Shown here: positions 1 through 12,877 of the stretch, piece by piece
Numbering within the stretch: the stretch's first letter is position 1
Layout: every line of letters begins with the position of its first letter
From: Octopus bimaculoides
Taxonomy: Eukaryota
Assembly: GCF_001194135.2 (NCBI RefSeq)
Contig: NC_068982.1
Coordinates: 176,530,597 to 176,563,155 of the forward strand
Length of the DNA stretch: 32,559 nucleotides
Direction: 5' to 3'
Notes under the pieces: generated by a model
Database searches by the model: none
Told to the model about the DNA's origin: nothing
The model's input: only the letters and a program-made list of their open reading frames with translations
Program-made: the position numbers and the translations under genes

Positions 1-20
1 CCCTGAAATCCGGATACGTT
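1..20 (+). ncRNA. 3' half of a probable minimal type I hammerhead ribozyme
   Basis: GAAA at 5-8, perfect palindromic stem III ATCCGGAT at 8-15, NUH triplet ATA at 14-16. At the ungapped offset to copy B (22339), the triplet falls exactly on GTC 22353-22355. The CTGANGA half would lie upstream of base 1 and cannot be seen. Confidence 0.5.
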
Positions 21-180
21 CGTGCTGCAGATCGAGATGAGAGGGATAACTTCCCTTGGCAAACAGGACACAGTCGTGTGTCGATAAGCCAGCTGGAGGA
101 GATGTCCTCCTGGGGCTAAAAGCAACAGTAACATCCACCCCTAGGGGTCAGCCACACTTAAGTGGCAATATACTACACTT
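1..180 (+). repeat. Hammerhead-associated interspersed repeat, copy A (truncated by the window edge)
   Basis: 81-180 aligns without gaps to 22420-22519 at 69/100 identity (counted by hand). It is followed by a (TA)n tract at ~229. Confidence 0.8.
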
Positions 181-225
181 TATCGTGCAGTTACTGTTAA
201 TACTTCATTTAGAGAATTAACATTG

Positions 226-272
<47 letters not shown>

Positions 273-1666
273 TGTGTATGTACACACACGCACATCTATA
301 CAGAAATATTCAAACAACTACGTATATAAGCAAAGAAATATAAGCAATATAAATCTCATTTTACGATTTCCTTGTTTCTAACATAATGCCTCGGATAAAC
401 AACGACAATATTTATTGTTTGCTATTTCTTAATATATTTTTTTTCAATCAATCCAAAATGTCAATGTTCTCCATAAGACGTATGTCATTGGTCAACGTCC
501 TATCGATATTTTTAATACTTACTATTAGAGGTCTGACACTCACTTTACTGAACAATCTAACGCACTTTTTTGTTAATGTTCCTTTTAATTACACCTTTCC
601 ATTTACTTATTTATGCTATTTACTTTTTATATTTATCATTTTGTTCAGTTACAACACTGCGATGATAGTCTGTATTACATATGACATTAAGAGTGGAAAA
701 ATGCCTTGAAATGATAAGAAGTTAATTTCAGATTCTGGTTTATTACTGAGAATTGCATAGTTACTCTTTTATCTCAGTTGTTTTTTCCTGACCTTTTAAA
801 TATACATAAATATGGCATTCCTAGACATTGCCCAGTATTTTAAGTAATTATTTGTTTATCAGTCAAAGAACCAATCTATTTGTCCCTCTTCCTCTCTCTC
901 TCTCTCTCTCATCTCCCTTAACTCATCTTTCTCTAGTTTTTTTTAAAATTGACAAAAAGTTACAACGTGACTCAGGAACCGAGAGTCTCGTTCATTCGCT
1001 CTTATATGTAGCCAAATTAACCCTGTTTGTAAATGTAAACGATACTTTACATATATTATATTATACTCTGATACTGTGTGGAGTGACATCTCTGATGACA
1101 GGCCTCTGATACTTAAAGTGAGGTGTTAACACTTACGATATGCAAATTAGTAGCTCCAGTTTTCTATAGCTACTGTAATTGTTGGGTATATAAGCACACT
1201 GGTTGCTTTTTTCTCTGAGATTGGTCAAAATGATGTAAATACCTCTGATGTGATATTTGAAAATCTACTGACATTTGAAAATCGATTAAGTTTGTTCAAA
1301 GTTTTTTTCAGTCTACGGAGAAACAGCTAAACAGGTTATATATATGTAATAATATAAATAATATATAAATATATATGCATACATGCGCGTGTACGTGTAC
1401 ATACATATATTTCTATATACATGCATATATGGGTACAGGACACCACGGAACCTGAACAAATAAGCATAAAAGTACGAAAACAACATGAAATACGAAATAC
1501 GACAGCATGGAATAGGAACTTTTTGGCGAACAACGAAAGAAACAAACGGAAAACAAGACAAGCAACACGAAAAAAGCTACCCTTCATCAGTTGTTGGTTA
1601 TTTTTCGACTTCGCATTTTGAGCATTTCACAACAAGGTACGTTTTCGACATAACAGTTGCTCCCAC

Positions 1667-1867
1667 AAGTAATCACTCGCCATATCGCGGTTTATTATGT
1701 AACCTTACGTCTATTCCTCCATGGTGTTGCTTTGCACTTATAATAAAATAAATATACACAAATCATAAAAAAATGAAACAAATATACAGTACTCTTTCTA
1801 CTTCGCGGATTTTAACCTATCACGGAGTTTTTGGAACGTAACAACCGCGATATTTGAGGGATTACTA
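1667..1867. mobile_element. Tigger/pogo-type (Tc1/mariner superfamily) MITE, ~200 bp
   Basis: Imperfect TIRs: AGTAATCACTCGCCATATCGCGGTT (1668-1692) versus reverse complement of 1843-1866, AGTAATCCCTCAAATATCGCGGTT. These resemble CAGTAATCCCTCG...CGCGG Tigger-like ends. TA follows on the right. No coding capacity. Confidence 0.6.
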
Positions 1868-1885
1868 TATATATATATATATATA

Positions 1886-2105
1886 TACTCTTTTACTTGT
1901 TTCAGCCATTTGACTGCGGCCATGCTGGAGAACCGCTTTTTAGTCGATCAAATCGACCCCAGGACTTATTCTTTGGAAGCCTAGTACTTATTTTATCGGG
2001 CTCTTTTGCTGAACCGCTAAGTTACGGGGACGTAAACACACCACCTTCGGTTATCAAGCAATTCTGGGGGGGACAAACACAGACACACAAACATAAACAC
2101 ACACG

Positions 2106-2148
<43 letters not shown>

Positions 2149-2305
2149 GACGGGCTTCTTTCAGTTTCCGTCTACCAAATCCACTCACAAGGCTTTGGTC
2201 GACTCGAGGTTATAGTAAAAGACACTTGCCCAAGGTGCTACGCAGTGGGAATGAACCCGGAACCATGCGGTTGGTAAACAAGCTACTTACCACACAACCA
2301 CTCCT
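1886..2305 (-). mobile_element. tRNA-derived SINE family A (octopus OK/OR-like), near full length
   Basis: Minus-strand head with A-box-like TGGTTGTGTGG and B-box-like GGTTCATTCCC (2257-2247), and an internal (TA)/(CA) tract. Clearly homologous to 10920-11365 and 29575-29776. Family name is from recall. Confidence 0.85.
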
Positions 2306-2315
2306 NNNNNNNNNN

Positions 2316-2374
<59 letters not shown>

Positions 2375-3854
2375 ATGTATGTATCTGTATGCATGTGTTT
2401 CCATATGCGTTTGTGGTCCATGGTGTTTGAAAAGAAAGATGTGGATTAATGATTTGCTACTGTATTCAAAAAGTTTTGTTGTAATACTTTAGAATGGTGT
2501 GGAATATAAATGTATATTTTAACCATATAATATATATTGACATACGTGCAAAATTTCCGTTTAAGTATTATTCTATTGTTGAAATGAAAAAGGACATTAA
2601 CCGACTTTGTTTCGATCTTGCTTTAGGATTTCATCAAAGATTGGTTAACCTCTCTAACTTTACCGATACACAAAATTAGATAGAACGAATTGCATATATG
2701 ACGCATCCATGACAGCAAATGCAGTTAATATATCACTGGTGTACGAATAGTGTTTGGTTTCATTGCTATGATTTACTACTACTTTTCGAGCTAGATGCAG
2801 ACAATGTATTATATATAACAGCCTATTCAATTTATTCAGATTATATTGCGTCTACAAGCTGTATCAATGCGACCCATTAAAGCGCATGGCCGGTCATTGA
2901 TAAAATGCCGACGAAGATTTGAAAATAGAGCAGTTCGTGCCTATTTTTGTCACCACAATGGTAAAGAAAACTTGTTTAAATCTGTCTATATCTAGATTAT
3001 TTATTAAGTTCTATTGATACGTTGTGTAGAAAAATATAACATTGAAGTAGCTCGTATAAGTACACCAGGAACTTAATAATAGAGCTAGCTACAACGATTG
3101 CAATAGTTATACATTAAGCGAAATATATATTTAAACTCTTAGTGATAGTAAATTTATAAGCTATAAACAGTGACACTGTAAACATTCAAACAGGTTGGCT
3201 GGTCGCTGATGAAACTCCTGAACACTGAACAGGATGGAAATTAATTTGCATGGACGAGCATTTTTCTGTCCACGAATATGTTGTGTATAGAGACAGTGTG
3301 TTTACATTTTCCTTTACATACGCTAATGACTAAAATCTAGTACAGTGTAACATGAAATAGGATTATTCATATTCTTTATGATATTAAATTCTTATGTGTT
3401 TACCGAATCAAGAATACATAACACTGCCACTGTCACTAATTTATTCGTAGCCCAGCGGCTTTTCGAGACATCATTGTCTGTTTGATCAATGTTATACTAT
3501 ATAGATTCATCTAATTTTTCATTCTGGAATTTGATGCGAGGCTGGCTGTTACTGATAATGTGCAGCTGCCGGTGAAATCAAGTGATACGGTAGAAATAAG
3601 TTGGTACACTGACTTAGTCGATATAGTCTATGCTTAATTAGCATGTGTCATCAACAGAAGATGCTATCTCTGGAACTTTACAGCAGTTTAAGGTATTTGA
3701 AACGGTACATCCAATTTATGTTGGATGTGCTAATTATTATAACTTGCCACGCGATATATGTTAATTATGATACTTAAATATTTTGCTCTATACGGCTGAA
3801 TGAAATCGTACGAAGTAATCGAAAATGGTCGAAACAACTACAATGTAATATATA

Positions 3855-3906
<52 letters not shown>

Positions 3907-4529
3907 GTAAGAATTCGGAGCTGTATTCTCTATCGCCGATAACATGGGCCCGTTTGTAGATGCTGCTTCACTTTATCGTATATAGGTCATATGAAAATTA
4001 CAAAACTTGACTTTGGATTGATTGAAAGGATTCTAGTATTTGTGGATGCAGAAAAATTGTTTCCTTAGTGGTAGGAAATTGTTGGTTGTATTAAATGTTA
4101 AATTCGTACTATAAGGTTAGCTGAAGCAGATGATTTAATTTTCATTTGTTTGTTTAGATAGATAGAAAGATATCTTTCGGTGTAAACGTCGCGAAAATAA
4201 AAGGTGTGCATTCGGTCCTCACGCGTACTAATGCCATTTTCTTCCATCGTGAGTGTATATGCTTCAATATTAGATTATATTTCATAGTCAATATATACAG
4301 TGAGAACTTATATGCATATTTACAATATATAAATGTTCATCCCCTCCCTGATTTATGCTTGGGTTCTCTATTTAAGTTGCCGGACAGCGTTCCTTGCAAA
4401 TTATACCTCTCGGAATATGTAACAGAAATATAAAAATATTTAGATAGAAATATCGGTTTAAATATATTGTCTACAACTGAAGTTTATATTAATATTTATA
4501 TCTCTTGACGATTGCTACTTGAGAGTTAC

Positions 4530-5395
4530 AGTAGCATGCTATTCCCTTGGCAACAGCGTGAAAACGAGGGAAGCAGAGAGAAGAGAGCTTGATTTGATCC
4601 AATGTATTCAACAAGGGCAGATGATGAGATGGGAGGAACATGTTGCTGAGAGGAAAATAAGTTGGGATGAGATATGGAGGTGGACCACATCTTGACTAAG
4701 TTTTCTGGTTCGTTCATCCTATGATGTTTTGCCATCACCTTCAAATGGAACGTTTCAGAGAATGATATAGGCAAATGCGGAAAGATCGGAACACTGAAAC
4801 ATATTCTTTCCAGCTGTTCACTTGCATTGAACAGGTATACATGGACACACAACCCGGTCCTTAAGTTTATCTTTAATGTTATAAAGAATCAAATTAATCT
4901 CCAAAACAGTGCAAAAAACGTTGAAAGTACGGACTAGAGATTTCATTACCTTCGTGCGCTCCTGTGAGCGATGAAAAGTGGAACGGCTATTGGGAGGTGA
5001 CTGTAGATTTACCAGGGTGTCAGGGACTCTTTCCCATCCCAGTTACGAAAACAGCGGACATTTTAATGTGGTGGGAGGGAAAAAAAGTTGTGATTCTAGT
5101 CGAGTTAACAGTTCCTCATAAAGATAACACGAACGCCGCTCGATCTCGAAAGATTGACCGTTATGTAAACCTCCTCGAGGAATTTGAAGACGCAGGCTGG
5201 AAAGCGAAGCATTTTCCAATTGAAGTCGGATATAGAGGATTTGTTTGACAAAGTGTGAGACGACTGTTGTTATCGTTCGGCCTAACTCATCGTAAAGTAA
5301 ATACCACCATGACCGATATCCAAATTACAGTGGAAAAAGCTAGCCACTGGATTTCGTTAAAAAGAGACAATGAGCGATGGCTAGAAGAATATTGA
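4530..5395 (+). pseudogene. 3' part of an R2-group (HERO/NeSL-like) non-LTR retrotransposon ORF: Zn knuckle plus restriction-like endonuclease
   Basis: Translates as QQGQMMRWEEHVAERKISWDEIW..LSFLVRSSYDVLPSPSN, then KCGKIGTLKHILSSC (decayed CCHC) and RYTWTHN, then ADILMWWEGKKVVILVELTVPHKDNTNAARSRKIDRY..FPIEVGYRGFV (PD-(D/E)xK RLE). Ends EKASHWISLKRDNERWLEEY* at 5395. Contains stops and frameshifts; RT is absent (5' truncated). The 3' UTR probably runs to ~5600. Confidence 0.85.
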
Positions 5396-8300
5396 GCTAT
5401 ATTTAATAACCTGTTGATCTAGCAAGCGGGGCCTCATATCAGTGAGGGTGGGGTCGCGCATTCCTTCATGTTGACCCCATACACTTACTGGCTTCCGGTA
5501 TGCGGAGTTCTCGACTGGTAGCACTTGCATGTGCAAGATGTTTGCAAAACATCTAGATATAGGTCTGCATTGCTTTATCACCAACTTCTTTTGCTTTGAC
5601 ACGATTAAAGCCGGACAGTCACAGTGACATGTTATGCCGTCAGTTTACGTTTCGTTAGTTTTAATTGTTTCCGTGTTTCACGCATGTTTTAGAGGTTGTA
5701 CGGTTGCCTGTTGACTTATATTCTTTGATTAAACAATACGCACTGATCACTAAAATTCTTCTTTACTTTCTAAATGCAGCACGGAGAATATCGTCTACCA
5801 CTGTTTGCTTACTACTAAAGAAAGCACAAAAGGTTAGGCAGGTATGACCTGAAAGTCAATTATATGAAAATCCATTTGTCACGTGATTTTTCTTAAAGAA
5901 CAATGATAGGACCAAACAAATTTAAGTAGCTTCCGGTGGTTGTTTGATAAATACCTTTGCACATTAAATGTAGCTTATTTTCTAGACTAAAACATAAGAA
6001 ATAGAAATAACCCCTGGAATGTTTGGACAATGGAAAGCTTCATTATCTTCTTTTGTTAAAACCTCATGACCTAACTCCAAAAGATTCATTCATAGCAACT
6101 TTTAGTCATATAGATTTAACAACCCGACCGACCGACCGTCTTCCCACATGGCTAACAAGCATCTATACCTTTGCATGTGCGTCTGCATTGTGTCATCTAG
6201 TGTATTTATATATTATTCTTCCCGATACTTCATTAATAATTTATCTAGGTGGAATTCCTGTAACATATTATTTTGTTATTTTTATTATTACAAAATTTTG
6301 CATACAAATAAACGAGGTCAGGCAATTTTATCTTCACTGTTGTAAATAAAAATATAACTACGTTTTGTTTTCTATAATCATTCCATTATTTATATATATT
6401 CTAAGAATCGTACATTATATAATTTAAGACATGCTTTTCTCTCATAAAATTGTTATAACGTAAATTGATTCATATTTTGGAACACTGTTTCTGTGTCCAG
6501 CTCCGGGTGATACAAGTGTAGACTTTAAATAACTTATTTGATAAAATTTTCCTTGTTTACAAATCAATTGCAAATGATTAATTTATTATTGATCACTTTT
6601 TCTCATTTATCTGCTATTACATATAAGGTTATACATACGTCTTATTTATAGTAATATCTCTTACATTTCTTATTAATCTTCTAAGTAGTATCAATATTAA
6701 TAAGACATACAGTTATAATCCTGTAATTAATTGCGGATAATAGAAAAGAAGTCAAGAGTTACAGATTTATGACTATATTAGAATTTATAAAGAATTAGTT
6801 TATGAAATTGATTAATTCTATACTATTCTCACCTGCGGCTAGGTATCAACTATTCTACTTTGAACATACTTTGTCACGAAATCTATAAACATAACATTAA
6901 ACTAGAAATAAGGTAAAGTCATACATATTTTAAATCAGTGTGTATTAATTTGAAATGAGTATATATTAAATAACTTTAAATAGCTTAAAACGTGTAAAAC
7001 AAGGAATGATTTTAAAAAATAATGAGAATATACTTTCATTTACAATACAACAGTTAACATTAACGTCCAAATCTATTTTCACTTTTGTTACAATGCAGAA
7101 TAATGTCTTGATACAAAACAGAATAATGTCTTGTAGGAACTATATATAAAGAAACGATCAATTTGAATAAATCGTAATCTGTGCAGTTATAGTAAAATGT
7201 AGCCTTAATAAAAAAAAAAGTAAGGAATAATAAATATCTTGTATCTCCAAAACAAGAAACAAGATACGTTATTTTATATAGTGGGAGAGAAATGTTACAC
7301 TCACTCGGTTTAACACCACCACTTTTTGGCACCTTGAGTGCGAGCTCCACTCTGTTACGATCCTACTAACAGTAGATTAAAGTAAAATCTTCCAAACGTG
7401 TAGATTTCATATGTCAATTACACATATGTAAGATCTGGAGAATATACTATCAGTTTAATCTGAATGAAAGTAGCTTATGTTTGTAATATTTTATGGTATG
7501 TTTCCAGTGCAAAATGTCATCGAAAAAATTCAAACCTATATTCAAAAACAACACATTTATGTCAACCGATCCCCATTTATTCACCATTATTTCGAAAGAA
7601 GTCACCAAAGAAAATAATCTTATAACTAAGAAATGTAAATTTATCCAAGGAATATCACATGACATGTTTCAGGCCTAGAGCAACTCTTGAGTGTCGTATG
7701 CAATCCGAGAATGTAGAATATGACTTCAAAATTTCGTGAGGTTAGACATAGTCCTGGTCAATATTAAACGAAATCTTTTTTTTAAAGATTTTAGATACAT
7801 ATATACGTTATACTTTAAACTCAGTACCCATGAACTGTGCGCACATACGAGTTAGACTCAAATGATTTTAGTTGTATTGTCTGGTGTTATTATGGGATAC
7901 TAGAAATGTGCGAAGAAAAACGGAAACAGAAATATATACCAGCTAGATATCTAACTGATGGTGAAAATATGGACACTAAGTAGTAACTACATTTATATTT
8001 TCAAAACCAAAAACAAAAGATGAGAGAAAAAATAACTATTCACTTAATTGATTTTATTGTACTGAATTTCGTTGTCTGTAGCTTTTACAATTTAAACATT
8101 CCTAGAGTAAGATTTTTTCTTTACAGGCTGCTTGAATAATCTTGGTTAATCGTAGTTTATCAACTCACTATATGACACATGTGAAAACCTACTGTATGTT
8201 TGTATAAAGTTTCTTTTCACCATTTATCAATCATGTAATACTATTAAAATTCCATTTTCAAAACTTATTTTGAAAATTATCGGAAGTCAATAGAGATTCA

Positions 8301-8949
8301 TCTACAGTAGAATGCTCAGACATATTTTAAGGAGTAGAGAGTCAGCATGTGCAGTAGGTGAGAGGAGCAAAACTGATGACAAATCGTTACATAATATAAA
8401 CCTAAACGAATTCTCTAACATAGGGCAATGTACGCTGTGTATAAGTAAATATTATTTAGGTCAACGGAACTTGCATTGCGGTACTTTTCAATTGAGTGTA
8501 ACTACAGTAGTGCAGTGTATCAGTCGATTTATATAATAGTTGTCAGAAATGTCTTGCATTTTTAATTTTTTGTTGAATTTTTATATTTATGGGCGCCTAA
8601 TCAGCGCTTATATGATTAATACATGCACACAGACACACGCACCGGCACACACATGGGTGTTTTTAGTTAAAATTAAGCGCTATCTCACTCAAATTTTCCA
8701 TTTCAATTTAACCTGATGTCTGTTCATTCTCATATGCTGTTTTTCTCGTTTTATCTTTATGACTCACCACCTTTTCAGCATTATCATTTGCTCTGTACAT
8801 TACGTGTGTGTGTCTGGGTGTGTGTGTGTGTGTGTGCATGTGTGTGTGTGTGTTTATATGTATATGTATGTAAGTATATATATATATATATAGATAGATA
8901 GATAGAGAGAGAGAGTGAGTGATACATTCACATATACATGTATACATGT

Positions 8950-8985
<36 letters not shown>

Positions 8986-9507
8986 NNNNNNNNNNNNNNN
9001 NNNNNNNNNNNNNNNNNNNNNNNNNNNNNNNNNNNNNNNNNNNNNNNNNNNNNNNNNNNNNNNNNNNNNNTATATGGGGGGTGGGAGTTCGTCTGTGCGT
9101 GCGTCTGTGTGTGTGTTTTTCTATCTGTCTGTTTGTCTTTCTGCCTCTTTGTATGTATACACGTGTGTATGAGTGCGTTGTATTTTTGTGTGTTTATGCA
9201 TTTTTGTGCATCTGCCTGTGTATGTAATCTTTGACTATATATCTAAGACATGGCTCATATCATTACACCATTACTGGCATACACTTAAATAAACATCCCC
9301 GCTTATATTACATATAGGAGTGCACATTTTTATATTACTACTTGTCCCGGTCCTTTCACAATATAAGAGAGAAAGAATAATGGTTGCTTCATGCTTAGTA
9401 AATTGTATTGAAAGCAGTTTACTTTTCAAGGTTGCTTTGACTATGAGGTAATACCTTGTTCCTCTCAGCAGATTTGCTAAATATCATACAGATACAATAC
9501 TTATATA

Positions 9508-10774
9508 TTAGGTCATCCCATAAGTTCTGTTCAATTTTTGAATAAAGAAAACAAGAGATCAAATGTTATATTTAATTGAAATTTAATCATCAATGTACTT
9601 TTCCTGATTATCTATGACTTCCTTCCATCTATTTACAAGCTTTTTAATCGCATCAATGTAAAACTCTTTTGGTTTCAAAGCGAAGGACTTTGAAATGTCA
9701 GTTTCAGCCTCCTCCTGGCTTGCGAAAGTTATGTCCCCCAAATGATTCTGTAAACTACGAAACAAATTGTAGTCTGTTGGAGCAAGGTCGAGAGAATAAG
9801 GTGGATGAGGAATTTTTTCTCAATCAAGCTCTTCGATCTTCTGTGATATGATCCTTGCAGTTTGAGGTCGCGCATTGTCCTGATAAAACATCACGCCTTT
9901 TCGATTCACTAAAATGGGTCTTTTTCTCTTCAAACGCTCTAATTGCTAACAGTAGACTTGAGCATTGATTTTTGCATTAGGTGGTAACAATTCAAAGTGA
10001 ATTACTCCTTTGCAATCCCACCAAATAGAGAGAAGAACCTTTTCGCCATGAAGTTCCCTTCTCGGTTGTGGTTGAGCTCTTTCTCTTTTACCAAGCCACT
10101 GTTTACGACGTTTAACATTTCGATAGAAGATCCATTTTTCGTCACCAGTCGCAAGTCTATCCAATAAGTGTGAAGTGAGTTCGCGAGAAGAGCAGATGGC
10201 AACTCGGGATTAGCAGTTGTTTTCGGACAATTCATAAGGCAAACATTTTCCATGTCTAGGAAACTTTCCAAGTTGTTGAAGATGATAATGAACAGTTGTA
10301 TGGTTTGAACTGAGCTTTATTGCCAATTCTTCAACTGACAATGCAGGATTTTCTTCAAATAATGCCTCAAGGAGCTTATCATCAAACTTAATTGGACGTC
10401 CTGTTCGATCTTCATCTTCAAGGCTGAAATCTCCACTTCTGAATTTTGCAAACCATCTTCTGCAAGTTCAATCATTCAAGCATTCTTTCCCATAAACTGA
10501 GTGTATGTTTTGAGTCGCTTTGGTTGCAGAGTTTCCTTTTTTCGTACTCATAAAGCATTATGCGTCTCAAATACTCTTTGCATATTTCCATGTTAGAAAG
10601 GGTTTTAATCAATGAAATTTTAATTCTTTTAATCTGTAAAAGAATATTTAATTAGTTTAAATGTACACAAATACATAAAAATAATTTTAAATTCCAGTAG
10701 ACATTCTAAAATACTATTAAATTTCATTCAATTTGAAAAAGGTAAAATCGGACAGAACTTATGGGATGACCCGA
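9508..10774 (-). mobile_element. Full-length decayed mariner (DD34D) DNA transposon, 1267 bp
   Basis: 31-bp TIRs (9508-9538 and 10744-10774, 27/31 identical), flanked by TA at 9506-9507 and 10775-10776. Contains a transposase relic. Confidence 0.95.
9583..10591 (-). pseudogene. Mariner transposase pseudogene (Hsmar1/SETMAR-like motifs)
   Basis: ATG at 10591: MEICKEYLRRIMLYEYEKGNSATKAT..RRWFAKFRSGDFSLEDEDRTGRP, TGDEKWIFY, LLSIWWDCKGVIHFELLP, QDNARP, HPPYS-like segment, LFRSLQNHL..RWKEVIDNQEKYIDD*. Several stops and frameshifts. Confidence 0.92.
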
Positions 10775-10919
10775 TATTTTTATATACACATATATGATTA
10801 TAGATATGAGTATTCACACACTGACAGAAATGTGCAATGTAGAGAGTATATACACTACATAATATATACAGCATATATGTAATTGTATATAGGTATTTAT
10901 ATATAGATATCTGTATATA

Positions 10920-11082
10920 GGCGCAGACGTGACGGTGGTGTAAGAAGCTTGCTTTGGAATGACATGGTTCCGGGCTTAGTCTCACTGTGTGTCACCTTGG
11001 GCAAGTGTCATCTACTATAGCCTCGGGCCGACCAAATCTTTGTGAGTGGATTTGGTAGACGGAAACTGGAAGAAGCCCGTCG

Positions 11083-11126
<44 letters not shown>

Positions 11127-11365
11127 TTTGTGTGTCTGTGTTTATCCCCCTCCACCATCACTTAACAACCAATGTTGGTATATTCATGTCCCTCTAACTT
11201 AGAGATTCGGCAAAAGAGAAGTTATAATAATTTCTAGGCTTACAAAGAATAANNNNNNNNNNNNNNNNNNNNNNNNNNNNNNNNNNNNNNNNNNNNNNNN
11301 NNNNNNNNNNNNNNNNNNNNNNNNNNNNNNNNNNNNNNNNNNNAACTGAAACAAATAAATGAATA
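10920..11365 (+). mobile_element. SINE family A copy (diverged, spans a gap)
   Basis: CACCTTGGGCAAGTGTC..GTGAGTGGATTTGGTAGACGGAAACTG.AAGAAGCCCGTC matches the reverse complement of 2150-2240. The 3' part resumes after the gap with AACTGAAACAA. Confidence 0.85.
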
Positions 11366-11570
11366 AAAGTATAACGTGGACTGCTGGCGATTTTTTCCAT
11401 CCTTCTCCCTTTTCTTTTGGACTTTCCGGTCTCCTGTTTCCAAACAAAGCGCTTGATCGAAACGTAAAACAATCACTTTTTCCTTCTCTGAGCGACTTAT
11501 TAATACTATGCATGTGCCACGTCATCGCGTAGTTGTTTTTTTTCCTGTTTTCACGGTCTCTCCGATTTTT

Positions 11571-11611
<41 letters not shown>

Positions 11612-12530
11612 TGTGAGTGTGTGTGTAAAAACAAGAAAGGGCCAGCCACTTAACACTTTTAGTAGGAGTTACATGTTCGATTCGGTCCCATGCTACTTCA
11701 TGTTTCTCAGGCCCCTAACATGAGCGCGACTCTTTCAGGATTCTGGAATGCTGAATCCCAAAGCCCGGAGAAGTCAGGCTCCAGTCAGGTTCCCACAAAA
11801 CTTGAAGTAGCACCGGAATTGAATATATAGGGGCAAGATTGATAGAAAGAGAAAAAGAGAGGGTAATAAAGAGACAGTTAAATATGAAATCAAGCTGAAA
11901 ATATTTTATATTTCCTCCTGATACCAGCCTTTCTCTAATGACCAGGTTGTCATAAACATCTACACAATGTATTGCCTTCAACAGTGTTACTGTAAACTTA
12001 GTTGTTTTTTTGTATATGGCGTTTTTAAACCTTGAAATACAACATAAAAAAATTCTGTATAAAGAATGTCATAACTTGAAGCTTAGACACTTGAATTCGA
12101 CGCAACTGCTTACATAGTTATATCCATATTTCGCTGAACACTACATTATAAATATATGCCTACCTTGAGCGAAATAAAATCTTCCAAGTACTTCCCTCTT
12201 TGATATGCATCACACCTAATTATCACTTCATATAGCTTCACGGAGTCCCTAAAACAACTTAACAAAGACTATACAAAGTCAAAAAGCAACCCTAAGTAAA
12301 GCACATTCGGACGAATTCGAGCAAGGAGAAACATCGAAGTCACTGTTGGACGTTTTCTTTTAAAAGTTCAGTAAATATATACTTTACTAAAATGTATTCT
12401 GTAATCCTTCAGATGATTTGTAAATAGTTTATGTATATAATTTGTCATAAAAACATATATTTGTGTGTTTTTTCTATCTCATTCTCTCTCTCATTCCCTC
12501 TCCCCCTCTCTCCCTATATACGTATGTATA

Positions 12531-12575
<45 letters not shown>

Positions 12576-12843
12576 NNNNNNNNNNNNNNNNNNNNNNNNN
12601 NNNNNNNNNNNNNNNNNNNNNNNNNNNNNNNNNNNNNNNNNNNNNNNNNNNNNNNNNNNNNNNNNNNNNNNNNNNNNNNNNNNNNNNNNNNNNNNNNNNN
12701 NNNNNNNNNNNNNNNNNNNNNNNNNNNNNNNNNNNNNNNNNNNNNNNNNNNNNNNNNNNNNNNNNNNNNNNNNNNNNNNNNNNNNNNNNNNNNNNNNNNN
12801 NNNNNNNNNNNNNNNNNNNNNNNNNNNNNNNNNNNNNNNNNNN

Positions 12844-12877
<34 letters not shown>

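Noticed and set aside
1430-1666. Minus-strand CTGATGAAGGG at ~1580-1590 in a repeat-like island
   Set aside because: No complementary CCC strand or GAAA in a position compatible with type I, II or III hammerheads. Repeat identity cannot be confirmed from the window.
2240-2305. tRNA-like sequences at SINE heads
   Set aside because: A/B-box-like motifs are present but no complete cloverleaf. They are parts of SINEs, not tRNA genes.
3206-3250. CTGATGA..TCCTG-N9-CAGGA..GAAA-TTAAT, hammerhead-like
   Set aside because: Stem II does not abut the core (AAC and TG unpaired) and no convincing stem I exists. At best a heavily decayed relic.
5780-5841. Isolated exon-like segments with good splice sites (5780-5841 +, 11711-11830 +, 30132-30087 -, donors at ~21735 - and ~14295 -)
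   Set aside because: Short, on both strands, peptides unrecognised, and some are closed in all frames. Expected by chance in 32 kb of AT-rich DNA.
7096-7133. Direct repeat CAGAATAATGTCTTG x2
   Set aside because: A small local duplication with no enclosed element or other supporting feature.
9508-9538. Three of four mariner TIR mismatches lie at CpG positions (possible methylation decay)
   Set aside because: Only four sites, and the ancestral TIR sequence is unknown.
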